Shown here: one piece after another, positions 50,241 to 62,649 of the stretch
Layout of the letters: every line of letters begins with the position of its first letter
Position numbering within the stretch: position 1 is the stretch's first letter
Assembly: GCA_002269645.1 (NCBI GenBank)
Contig: NIVC01000366.1
Span: 1-64,000, forward strand
Direction: 5' to 3'
DNA length: 64,000 nt
Origin: Macrostomum lignano
Lineage: Eukaryota
Program-made: the position numbers and the translations under genes
Notes under the pieces: model-generated
Told to the model about the DNA's origin: nothing
What the model saw: only the letters and a program-made list of their open reading frames with translations
The model's database searches: none

Positions 50241-51191
50241 AAGCCTCATATAAAAACTAATGGAAGTGTCATTTAAAAAATAAATAAGCATCATGGAAGA
50301 ATAAAAGAAGCGTAACGTATAAATCAAAAGAAGCGTCATGTCAGACATGAAAGAAGTGTCATGTAAAATTTAAATGAACCTATTGTGCTGTGCTGGGGAG
50401 AATCACTGAGACGTCAAGGCTCACAGAGAATAACTGAGATTACAGGGGGGTTTCTGAGATGTTAAAGCAAAAGTCAGAAGCTACTTCAAAGTACATGTAC
50501 TTTACTTAAGTTTTTTTATTGCATTCTTTGTTGGCTTGCCACGGTGGGGGGGGGCGCTGATAGAAGAAGAGTCATGTAAAAATAAAAGGAGCACTATGTA
50601 TACATAAAATAAAAGTCATGTCAAAGTTAAAAGATTCATTTGGGAATTGCTACGATGTCAAAGCTTGGAGGGAATCGTTATAGTGCTGTGATTCTTAAAG
50701 AAGGAATCACTTAAATGCCAAGGCTTAGGGAAGAAGAATTGCTGTGATTTCAAGGCTTTAGGTTGGGTGAAAGTTAGGTTTACGTCAGGTTTGGGTTGAG
50801 GGTTAGATTTTAGCGCGTTTCAAGGTTAACAGGGGATTTTTTAGATTTCAAGGTTTATGGGGGGCATCGCTGACATGTCAAGGCTTACGAGGGGAATCTA
50901 TCTATCTATCTATCTATAGCTGAGATGTCAAGGCTCACGGGGAATAAATGAGATGTCAAGGCTAATGTCAGAAGCTACATGTAGTTTATTGGAAAAAAGT
51001 TATTACATTATTTGTTGGCTCCTCACGGGAGGGATCGCTGATAGAAAAAGCGTAATGTAAAAAAAGAAGCTTCATGTCAAAGTTAAGAGATTCATTTGGG
51101 AATCCCTACGATGTCGAGGCTTGCAGGGAATCGCTATAATGCTGTAGTAGTGCTATAGACTCTTAGAGAGAATTACTGAAATTTCAATGCT

Positions 51192-51227
51192 TTAGGGTTA
51201 GGGTTAGGGTTAGGGTTAGGGTTAGGG
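51192..51227 (+). repeat. Interstitial telomeric repeat (TTAGGG)6
   Basis: Six perfect units followed by TTAAGG TTAG. Confidence 0.9.
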
Positions 51228-51590
51228 TTAAGGTTAGAAAGTAGACAGATTTTTTAAGATTTCAAGGCTTATGGGAGCATTGCTGAGATGTCAAGGGGGG
51301 AGTTGATATGTTATGGCTTGTGGGGGGGGGGATTGCTGACATGTCAAGGCTTACAAGGGTACTGGTAGCGTACTGAAGCATACTGGTAGAAGTAGCTCTG
51401 AAAGAAGGCAAGTATGGTTGAATTTCAATGTCTGTTATAAAATTCTGCACAAACATGTTTTATTGGTACATAAGCCTGGAATTAAAATGAGAATTCGATT
51501 CCTAGCCCCCCTCCCTAAGAATTTTTTTTCACTTTAAAGGATTCGTCCCTTGCTTATTGGCCACCCCGAAGGGGGGCGCTAGATTGCTAG

Positions 51591-54500
51591 TCCTATATAC
51601 TAAAAATGAGTTGTCTGTATGTGGGTAGGTAGGTAGGTAGGTATGCGATAGATTTCAGAAAAAATGGCTCAACCGATTTTCTTCAAACTTGCACCATTCG
51701 ATCAGAAATTTTCCTGGGACGGTACATGCATCTTGGCTAAGAAATTTCTCAATGTTAAAGGGATTAAATATTCGAAAAACATGCTTTTTTGCGAAGGTCA
51801 AGCAAACTTTTCGACTTGAAATGCATTGTAAGAATGCTAGATAAAAACCTGACTGACTGAATTTCAATTCTGATAAAGATTGCATCACAACAAATTGAAA
51901 ACAGTGCCGAAGAAATGCACACACAACTTGATTGAAATTGCGTAACAATATTGCTAACTTAAATTGACACTGATACTGGCTGACTGAGAAATTGATTATG
52001 TCATAATTTGCTATATTTGCTATATTGCTATTTGCTATATTTGCTATAAGAATTTAATTATAAGGGCCACAATTCATGTTCTCCAATTGACAAGAGATAG
52101 CATAGATGCGAACAGACTGGACTGCTAATGTAGGGACCTGGGTTCGAGTCTTAGTAGTGCAAAAAGATTCTTTTATTAAAACACCTTAAAAACACGAAAT
52201 GCTGAACACAAAAAAGCATAAGGTCAAACATTATAGAGCCACCATGTCGAACATATATGTGACTTCATGTCGAACATATATGTGACTCCATGTCGAACAT
52301 TAAAGAGCCGTCATGTCAAACATTAAAGAGCCACCGTGTCTAACATTAAAGAGCCACCATGTCAAACAAAAAAGAGCCACCATGTCTAACATTAAAGAGC
52401 CACCATGTCGAACACTAAAGAGCCACCATGTCGAACATTAAAGAGCCATCATGTCAAACATTAAAGAGCCACGGTGTCTAAAATTAAAGAGCCACCATGT
52501 CAAACAAAAAAGGCCATCATGTCTAACATTAAAGAGCCACCATGTCGAACATTAAAGAGCCACCATGTCGAACATTAAAGAGCCACCATGTCAAACATCA
52601 AAGAGCCACAATGTCAAACATTAAAGAGCCACAATGTCAAACATTAAAGAGCCATCATGTCTAACATTAAAGAGCCAACATGTCAAACACTAAAGAGCCA
52701 CCATGTCGTGTCTAACATTAAAGAGCCACCATGTCAAACATTAGAGAGCCACCATGTCAAACAATAAAGAGCCACCATGTCGAACATACAAGAGCCACCA
52801 TGTCAAACAAAAAAAAGCCACCATGTCGAACATTAAAGAGCCACCATGTCGAACATACAAGAGCCACCATGTCAAACATAAAAGAGCCACCACGTCAAAC
52901 ATAGAAGAGCCACCATGTCAAACATTAAAGAGCCACCTTGTCAAACATTAAAGAGCCACCATTTCAAACCTAAAAGAGCCACCTTATCAAACATCATAGA
53001 GCCACCATGTCGAACATTAAAGAGCCACCATGTAGAACATAAAAGAGTCACCATGTAAAACATAAAAAAGCCACCATGTAAAACATAAAAGAGCCACCAT
53101 GAAGAACTTTAAGAGCAACCATGTCGAACATTAAAGAGCCACCATGTCGAACATTAAAAAGCCACCATGTCAAACATTAAAGAGCCACCATTTCAAATCT
53201 AAAAGAGCCACCATGTCGACCATTAAAGCCACCATGTCAAACATAACAGAGCCACCATGTCAAACATAAAAGAGTCATCATGTCAAATATTAAAGAGCCA
53301 CCTTGTCAAACATAAAAGAGCCACCATGTCAAACATATATGTGACTCTATGTCAAACAGTAAAGAGCCACCATGTCAAACGTAAAAGAGCCACCATGTCC
53401 AACATAAAAGAACCACTATGTCGAACATAGAAGAGCCACCATGTCGAACACTAAAGAGCCATAATGTCGAACTTTAAAGAGCCATCATGTCAAACATTAA
53501 AGAGCCACGGTGTCTAAAATTAAAGAGCCACCATGTCAAACAAAAAACGCCATCATGTCTAACATTAAAGAGCCACCATGTCGAACATTAAAGAGACACC
53601 ATGTCAGACATAAAAAACCCGAATCAAACATAAAAGAGCTACCATGTAGAACATCAAAGAGCCACGATGTCAACATTAAAGAGCCACCATGTCAAACATT
53701 AGAGAGCCACCATGTCAAACAATAAAGAGCCACCATGTCGAACATACAAGAGCCACCATGTCAAACATAAAAGAGCCACCATGTCTAACATTAAAGAGCC
53801 ACCATGTCGAACATAAAAGATACACAATTTCAAACGTAAAAGTAAGCGTCATGCCAATTTTAAAGGAGTCACTACAGAGCTAAGGAAATTGTTGCACTAG
53901 CTACTTATTGTCTGGTGGATGCTTACTATTTGGGGATGCTTGCTATCTGGGGGATGCTTGCTATCTGGGGGATGCTTGCTATCTGGGGAAATATTAAAGA
54001 GCCACTATGTCGAACATTAAAGAGCCACCATGTCGAACATAAAAGAGCCACCATGCCAAACATAAAAGAGCCACCATGTCGAACATTAAAGAGCCAGCAT
54101 GCCAAACATAGAAGAGCCAGCATGCCAAACATAGAAGAGCCACCATGTCGAACATAAAAGAGCCACCATGCCAAACATAAAAGAGCCACCCTGTCGAACA
54201 TAAAAGAGCCACCATGCCAAACGTAAAAGAGCCACCATGTAGAACATAAATGAGCCACCATGTCAAACATTAAAGATACACAATTTCAAATGTATAAGTA
54301 AGCGTCATGCCAATTTTAATGGAGCCACTATAGAGCTAAGGAAATTGTTGCACTAGCTACTTATTGTCTGGTGGATGCTTACTATTTGGGGATGCTTGCT
54401 ATCTAGGAGTGGGGATGCTTGCTATCTGGGGGATGCTTGCTATCTGGGGGATGCTTGCTATCTGGGGGATGCTTGCTATCTGGGGAAATATTAAAGAGCC

Positions 54501-55682
54501 ACTATGTCGAACATTAAAGAGCCACCATGTCGAACATTAAAGAGACACCATTTCAGACATAAAAAAACCCGAATCAAACATAAATTAGCTACCATGTAGA
54601 ACATAAAAGAGCCACGATGTCAACATTAAAGAGCCACCATGTCCAACATAAAAGAGCCACCATGTCAAACATTAAAGAGCCACCATGTCAAACATTAAAG
54701 AGCCACTATGTCAAACATTAAAGAGCCACCATGTCGAACATTAAAGAGTCATCATGTCAAACATAAAAGATACACAATTTCAAACGTAAAAGTAAGCGTC
54801 ATGCCAATTTTAAAGGAGCCACTATAGAGCTAAGGAAATTGTTGCACTAGCTACTTATTGTCTGGTGGATGCTTACTATTTGGGGATGCTTGCTATCTAG
54901 GAGTGGGGATGCTTGCTATCTGGGGGATGCTTGCTATCTGGGGAAATATTAAAGAGCCACTATGTCGAACATTAAAGAGCCACCATGTCGAACATAAAAG
55001 AGCCACCATGCCAAACATAAAAGAGCCACCATGTCGAACATTAAAGAGCCACCATGCTAAACATTAAAGAGCCACCATGTGAAACATATACATGACTCCA
55101 TGTCGAACATTAAAGAGCCACCATGTTAAACATAAAAGAGACACCATTTCAAATGTAAAAAGCAGCTTCATGCGAAACATAAAGGGGCCACTATAAAGCG
55201 AAGGATATTATTGCACTAGCTACTTGTTGTCTTTTTGGATGCTTGCTATTTAAGGATAGATTACTGCTATCAGGGGGATGCTTGCTATTGGAAGGATGCT
55301 TGCTATCTGGGGGGGGGGATTCTTGCTATCTGGGGGATGCTTGCATGCTGTCTGGGGATGCTTGATATTAGGGAGGCAAGAGGCTTGCTCTTGGGGGGGT
55401 ACTTGCTATCTTGGGGGGAGGGGTTGCCATCTGGATGATGCTTGCTATCTGGAAGATGCTTTTTGCTATTGTATTTGGGGGAGCTTGCTATCTGGGGGAT
55501 GCTTGCTATCTGGGGGGATGCTTGCTATGGGGGAGATGCTTGCATGCTGTCTGGGGATGCTTGCTGTCTTGGGATGTTTTCTTTTTAGAGGAAATGTCTG
55601 CTGTTTTTTCGTTGTCTATTTGTTACTTGTAAAGAACAAAGATTCTATCCAGATGTCCCCCATCGGGGGCGAAGATTGCTAG
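51591..55682 (+). mobile_element. Non-autonomous Helitron copy 2 (~4.09 kb), head-to-tail with copy 1
   Basis: Starts TCCTATATACTAAAAATGAG directly after the CTAG of copy 1; ends with hairpin GTCCCC-ATC-GGGGGC and CTAG|T at 55682. Confidence 0.85.
52230..55150. repeat. 22-23 bp AAAGAGCCACCATGTC(G/A)AACATT array with interleaved duplicated blocks, inside Helitron 2
   Basis: Visible periodicity; recurring block at ~53817, 54273, 54767. Confidence 0.95.
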
Positions 55683-56455
55683 TATCCACTATAAATACGA
55701 GTATTTGTTTATACCAAGATTTACTATCAATGCAAACTGACCGCACAGGCAGAAATCGTAAAACAATATTAACGGTATAGTCGCTATTTTAGTCAGCACA
55801 GCTTTATACCGACGCAAAAGTGTTAATTGTAAATTGGAAAAATAAAACTCGAGTGGGCTTACAGCAAGATGCCTCTGTTTTAGTCCAGAAGATCTGTACT
55901 GGTGGAGTTTCCTAGTCTAATTTACATTGCGGCCAGCAGTTCAAGCTCGGCAAGGATGGGGATCGAGGGGCAGCCGGGGGGGGGGGAAGGAAGTTTGGCA
56001 GACTCTACCGAGTACAATTGTACGAATTGGGATAGATGGAGCACGAGTACTTGAGAAAGAGACGATTGGGAAAGGAGGGCAGACAAGGCCACAGCCTATA
56101 CTGTATGTGGCATGCAGTTCATCCGTGTACAAGCGTAGCCTAAAATGAATCTACATCCATTAAGTGCACACGCTCTGCTGCTTTGCCTCTAAAAGCAGAT
56201 CAGGCATGGTACGAGTAACAGTACTGAAAAATAATATCTGATTCTGGTAGCTTGCACGGCATTTCCTGTCTTTTAGAATCGCACAGCACTGCACATACCG
56301 AATAGGACAGCAATTTAGAAAAAAAAATTACTATATTACGCTCGCATAAACTATCAAGAAATGCCTCGCTTCTAGAAGCAAAATAGGAACGAATTCGTCT
56401 CCCTCCAGCCGATTCTTCTATTCGAAGAATTGTCAGGTCGCCTCTGTTTTTCAAC

Positions 56456-58038
56456 ATGGCCATTTTAAAAGATTCGGTAAACTTAATTTTTGTCACGCTT
56501 TTTAGCATAGCAAATTTGACCAGTGGTCAAACAGTCAGTAGTGACAGCAGCGCAAACTCCTCGGCACTTTTAATCACCTGTTATAGCTGTCAGAATTGTC
56601 CAACTGTTAATCATAATTCGACACCACAGGCTACAGGACGATACTGCGTTGTAAGTTTATTTGGAAAACTGCATGAGTTTAAAGAAGTTGAAACTAGTTT
56701 TTTATGTATTGTGTTGCTTCATTGGCTGAATAATAAATTACATATAGGAATTGGTACAGGCTTTAATTTGAATGTCTTCTCGAGTTTGTGTCAAACAGAA
56801 TAAATAACTCCTTTGTGTCGACGCCAATTGTGACGAATCTGAATTAGAAACCCAATATGACGTCTAAAACACCCAATGTGACGCTCTCAAGATCGACACC
56901 CAATGTAATGTCTCTCCAGTCACCCAATGTGACGTCTCTCTAGTCACCCAATGTGACATCTCTCAAGACACCCAATGTGACGTCTCTCAAGACACCCAAT
57001 GTGACGTCTCTCCAGTCACCCAATATGACGTCTCTCCAGTCACCCAATGTAATGTCTCTCCAGTCACCCAATGTGACGTCTCTCTAGTCACCCAATGTGA
57101 CATCTCTCAAGACACCCAATGTGACGTCTCTCAAGACACCCAATGTGACGTCTCTCCAGTCACCCAATATGACGTCTCTCCAGTCACCCAATGTGACGTC
57201 TCTCTAGTCACCCAATGTGACATCTCTCAAGACACCCAATGTGACGTCTCTCCAGTCACCCAATGTGACGTCTCTCAAGACACCCAATGTGACTACTCTC
57301 AAGACACCCAATATGACGTCTCTCCAGTCACCCAATGTGACGTCTCTCAAGACACCCAATGTGACTACTCTCAAGACACCCAATATGACGTCTCTCCAGT
57401 CACCCAATGTGACGTCTCTCAAGACACCCAATATGACGTCTCTCCAGTCACCCAATGTGACGTCTCTCCAGTCACCCAATGTTACGTCTCTCAAGACACC
57501 CAATGTGACGTCTCTCAAGACACCCAATGTGACGTCTCTCAGACACCCTATGTGACGTCGCTCCAGTCATCTAATTGGACGTCTCTCTAATCACAGTGAG
57601 CCATCTCTCGAGTAAACCCAATGTAACGTCTCTTAAGGCACCCATATCATGACTTTTAAGTCCCAACAGGTGTAAGGTATCCTACAGGTATCCTATAAGA
57701 TGAATTCATTTATTTTAGATACATTTATGTCCATGTAGTAAGAAATGTACTCACTTATCCTACTTATGTACTTAAACCTACATGCAATTAAATTCTCAAC
57801 ACAAATCCAGAAACGAGTGTCCAAAACCGGGGACATCATCAGACTGGCTATCAACGGTGTCTGCTATGAGAACGACTCCACATTCTGCTGTCAGGAGAGT
57901 CTCTGCAACAGTTCGTCGCCCAAAGTCTTGTCTAGTTACCATGGTAACTGTTCCTGCAAGCTGAGGCGCTTCTTGTGGAATTTTTCCGGAATTTTGCCGC
58001 TTTCGTTGGTGTATTTTATTAAGCAGTGTGAACTCTAA
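56456..58038 (+). CDS. Short Ly6/three-finger protein C (exons 56456-56650, 57811-58038)
   Basis: Signal MAILKDSVNLIFVTLFSIANLTSG; ITCYSCQNCPTVNHNSTPQATGRYCV|KRVSKTGDIIRLAINGVCYENDSTFCCQESLCN; hydrophobic tail; phase-0 intron at the same position as in A and B. Confidence 0.88.
56855..57640. repeat. 24-bp minisatellite in the Ly6-C intron
   Basis: CACCCAATGTGACGTCTCTC(AAGA/CAGT) units. Confidence 0.95.
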
Positions 58039-59765
58039 TTTTAATTCATTTTTAAGTTTGTAAGTGTTTCAGTTGACACGTTTTTTTTAAATTTCATTCA
58101 ATGCTCAGCTAATGTTTATCTGCTGCAGAAAAAACTTCCAAATGCAATATACGAGCTCCGTACTACCTGCACTTTCGTAATCCTATGGGAAATTACTTTG
58201 GTACTTTGGCTGCAGGGGAGCGCCGGGAATTGGGTTGAGTTTGTCCCGACTAAATGTGGGGCCAGTAGCTGGTGAAGTGTGCTCCGCATTCTCAACACCA
58301 GAGAGGCAGAATGGGCCAGCATTTCTCACTGCGGATTTTCCCCTGAATAAGGTACAGGTAGAGCGATGACTTGAGAGAGGGGCATGGTGGTGACCGCCCT
58401 TAGATGTCTTGCGTTTGAGATCACCAAGCAGGGCCCTACGAGACTATGGAGAGGGACTGGGGATAGACGTGCAGGACTGGCCGGAACTCCCAGTCGGGGG
58501 AAGGGGCTCTGGGAAGTCTACCCGAATATACGCGACATGCAGCAGATTAATCTGCCTGATTTATAATCTCCCGCTGCGTTTTAATAGATGTATATTGGCC
58601 TCTCCGAATAGCTGCATAAGAATGCTATTTATATATTTCGTCGTACTATTCTGAGCAGATCTCCGAAGAATAATAACTTTGTCCTGAAATTGATGTACAG
58701 TATTATGTATAGACCTCTCTCAATACAAATAATTTAATTTGTACTTCTACATTCAAATATCTTTACCAATACACCATTTAGTAGGTTTAATCTGTAGTAC
58801 GTTAAAGTACTGCAGTGTGTAATAGATCATGTGAAATTTTAATTTCAATTGTGTTAGCCATGCATATGTGCATGCATCTTTGTGATTGACATGGAATTTC
58901 TCGATTATTAATCTTCAATGTACACGTTATAAAGTAGCTATATAACTGTAGTTTAAGCACACGGATGCATCTGTCACAATCCACGAATTTGTACAGCATC
59001 CAAAGCATGTATAGGAGCTATTATTCATGAGGAGATACACGAATGCCTGCAGAGAGATAGGACATAGACAAAAGCGAAACTTAAGGAAACGAGAGAGAGG
59101 CTTTGGCAAACAGTCAATGGGAGAATTGAATTGATAGTAGTACATCAATGCGTTGATAAGTGGTTTGTGTGTGCATTCTCTCAATGCACAACACATAGCT
59201 CGTACAGTGTACATTACAAGGGAATGTGATATATTATTGCACCTTTCTTATACAGAGAGTAGCTCTATTGGTATTCTTAAAAGCTCTTCGTTCAGAAAAT
59301 TAGTGTTCTATATTATACATGATCGTGTACAAGTGGTCGTAAAGTAAAATAAAAAATTGTTATTTAATGATAAAGTTATATATAAGTTATAAATTATAAT
59401 TGCTTACGATATTATCCGTAATCAGTGATATCGGTATCATAATCAGTAACAAGGTACTGAACATAAAAAGAGCAGAAAATGAAAGATAAAAAGAATACGT
59501 AGTATGTGTATCGCAAACGTGAGGATGTACGAGCTTCATTATTATTATTATTAGAGGCAGGGGGGTTGTGTGCACCCTGGTGCACTTTAAGCGACATAGG
59601 CACACAACCAGCGAGAGGCATTACTGCCCAGGGCCATTCCGCCGACTCCCCTGAGCAGGCAGGTACAAGCGCGCGGATACGTACGCAGGCACACACTCAC
59701 ACATGCAGGAGTGTACTACAGCGGCCCCAACTTTATATTATCTTTATATTCAGCCCCAAATTAAC

Positions 59766-59839
59766 GTGACTGCACTTGGAATCGAGCCTGGGTCGCTGGC
59801 ACACCAGAGCAGCTGCGCTACCGCTGGGCTACGGCCTCC
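59766..59839 (-). mobile_element. tRNA-like SINE head or tRNA pseudogene
   Basis: Minus strand has A-box TAGCCCAGCGG and B-box GGCTCGATTCC; no convincing full cloverleaf. Confidence 0.5.
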
Positions 59840-60949
59840 TTACGAGCTACATACATGTATGTATATGTATAACAATTACTTTTTTCAAGCAAATTTAATT
59901 TCATTGCGTAATATTAATAGACTAAGATAAGTCCCACATTTGAGTTGCCAGCCGTCTAGTAGGGGGCTTTTCATATTGCTTGTTCTGGTTCGAGAACCAG
60001 ATCCAAGTTTTACATTAAAAACTTTACTTTGTCTCCTAATCTAGCATGTATAGATCAGGGATACTAATGTACGTCTGTACGTGCTATAAAGTTGTAATTA
60101 TTACATGGCAGTAAGTAAACCAAGGAAAAAGAAAAAAATGTGCAAATTGAGGCTGCTAGCAGTCAAAAATAAGAAAGTTAAATTGTTTTACTGTTTTTTA
60201 GAAGATCGGGTTCAGATTTTGTGTCGTGAAAAGCTGCCTAGGAGATGTAGAGGCTCGAATTTCATTAAAAGGAATTTTTATTGGCTTTTTGATTTAAGGT
60301 TTTAGAGATTGTGACTAGTTAAAATATCAAATGTACTCGTAAATGAACCATTTGATGTAAGGCAATTTTTTAAAATAATTATTTTGTTTAATTTAACTAA
60401 ACGGAAAATAATTTAAAATTCGCTTATCTAGGATATTGAATTAAGGTTTACTAAATTTCGCGTTCTTTCTGTCGATCTTACTAGCGGAAAAAGGTTTGTT
60501 AGAAAATTTTATAGTTGGTTAAATCATGTGTACTAAAAATATTTGCTCCAGTATCCAAATTTTAACAACATTAGCTACACACTAACACGATTTCTTCTTA
60601 AAAAGTACAATTGATTTGCTATTATTCCCGACCCGAAGCCCGAAGGTATTACAGCTTGGTATCTATTAGGCCTAACTGTGGAATTATTTTAGAAGACAGA
60701 ACTAATACCTCTGTTGTATTTGTTTCAAATTTAGTGTCAAAGTAATTTAACGTTGGAAACTTAGGATTATGCCAAAATAATCCTACTTAGGCCTATCTTA
60801 GGCCCTACTAGTTATGTACTTTTTTGCATGTATTTCTACTAGTAGTGTATTTTTACATTAGGCCCACATTACATTACAACAATGCTAGGGTCAGGAGGCG
60901 CTAGCGTGCACACGATTGCGGAAAGGAGGGGCAAGGCAGGTTGCAGCAG

Positions 60950-61900
60950 TCTGGGGGGTCAGTTTAATTGCCTCTTGGTTGGCAACAAGTGTCTCTTGGA
61001 GCATCTGGGTTCACCCTTGGTTGCAGCGGAACTGTTTGGTTGGTGGGTGCAGAATGGCCAGTCTGAGTAGGTTGTTGTTGCCACGTGCAAACTGCTACAG
61101 GCAGTGTCCTAGCTGGGCCTGGCAACGCTGGTGGAGGGTGGCGCTGCACTGAGGGATGGTGATTTTGATCTTGCCATCAGCTGGGCCATCAGGAGGATGG
61201 CTGGGTAGCATACACCCAGCGCCTTGCGCAGCAAGTTGCAGTGTATCGCATCCAGGGCCCACTCTCGCATGGTTGTCATCAGGACAGCCTCTATGCAGTA
61301 GAGAAGGATTGGCTCTATGGCGGCGCCGAACAGGTAGATCCTCAAGTCATCCTACACTCCGGAGATGAAGATTGGCCTGATGTAGTGCATGGCATGCCAG
61401 GCCTGGGTCCTCCTGTCCACAATGATCGCCTCTGGGCTCATCACAAGGATGCCTAGGTACTGGAAGTCGCTGCACTTTGAGATGGCCTCGCCATTGAGCA
61501 GGGTCAGCAGTGGGGCATTGTCAGCACCCACGTGCAGCACCTCCATCTTGCCTGCATTAATCTGCAGGCCGATCCAAGTGCCTTCCTTGGAGAGTCAAGT
61601 AAGAGCGTGCTGGGCTGCTATAGGGTCTTGGCTGTCGGCACAGCAGCGCAATGTCATCAGTTTAGATGAGGGCTATGAGTATCATGGCAGTGTAGCTGGA
61701 GCTACGCTGAGGTGCGAGGACAAAGCTGTTATTGTCTCGAAGGCAGCGGCGTAGGATGTAGTCAACAGCCAGAATGAAAAGCGGTATCAAATGGAAGTAG
61801 TATTAAACTCGTCTATAGAGCCATTGCTGGAGTCAAAAAATGCCTTGGAGTTGTGGTACAGGTCTATAACTGCCATCACCAGGATGTCAGGGTGTCATAT
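60950..61900 (-). mobile_element. Degenerate non-LTR (RTE-like) reverse-transcriptase fragment, copy 1
   Basis: DFQYLGILV, AAIEPILLYCIEA, LDAIHCNLLRKALG; multiple stops. Confidence 0.8.
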
Positions 61901-62072
61901 GTAATTTAAAATACCTTACCACCCCATTATTGATCTGGCTTGGGGAGGGCATTATATTTATATATACATATATATAAATATATAGCGACATAGAGAGTAG
62001 CACAGACAAAAAAAGATCTAGCTAGACTTTGTGTGGACACATTCACAGAACAACCAAGAGGGGCAAGTCATG

Positions 62073-62604
62073 GCAAGGGGGGGTTTCACAAACTCAAATT
62101 TTCACAATGTTGAAAGCACCTGCCTTTATAAGGTCAAAATTTCAAAATGTAGAAAACTCAAATAACAGCCACTTTCACAAGGTCAAAACTTCATAAGGTC
62201 GAACTTTCACAACATTGAAAACTTTAGCAAGGGACTTCATAAGGTCAAAATTTCACAAGGTTGAAATTTCATAACATCAAAAACTCAAATAGCAGCCACT
62301 TTCACAAGGTCAAAACTCCATAAGGTCAAAATTTCACAACATAGAAAATTATTGCATAGTTCTTGTTATATTAAGTTTTTGACATTGTGAAATTTTGAGC
62401 TTATGAAGTTTCAACCTTATGAATGTGGCTGCTATTTAAGTTTTTGATGTTATGAAATTTTGACCTTGTGAAATTTTGACCTTATGAAGTCTCTTGATAA
62501 AGTTTTCGGTGTTGTGAAATTTTGACCTTGTAAAGTTTTGACCTTGTGAAATAATTTACTTTTTGACATTGTGAAATTTCAACCTTTGTGTTAAAGCACC
62601 CCTC
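62073..62604. mobile_element. Foldback (Mutator-like) MITE built of short internal repeats
   Basis: Left arm AAGGTCAAAATTTCACAA repeats mirrored by TTGTGAAATTTTGACCTT in the right arm; G-rich/C-rich ends. Confidence 0.75.
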
Positions 62605-62649
62605 ATAGTGGACTAGGGGCTGAGCCCAATGGCCTGCAAGTCAATCAGA

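Larger units (their letters stand above)
47232..51590 (+). mobile_element. Non-autonomous Helitron copy 1 (~4.36 kb), minisatellite-filled
   Basis: A|TCCTATATACTAAAAATGAG 5' end; 3' hairpin CCCC-GAA-GGGG then CTAG (51587-51590); second internal 5'-end-like motif at ~47449. Confidence 0.85.

Noticed and set aside
57204-57555. Mucin-like TSLKTPNV repeat ORF in the Ly6-C intron
   Set aside because: It is a 24-bp tandem repeat; inclusion would split the LU domain, and no flanking splice sites were evident
58116-58654. Possible RTE 3' remnant (GIDVQDWPEL)
   Set aside because: Single weak motif; not supportable without a search
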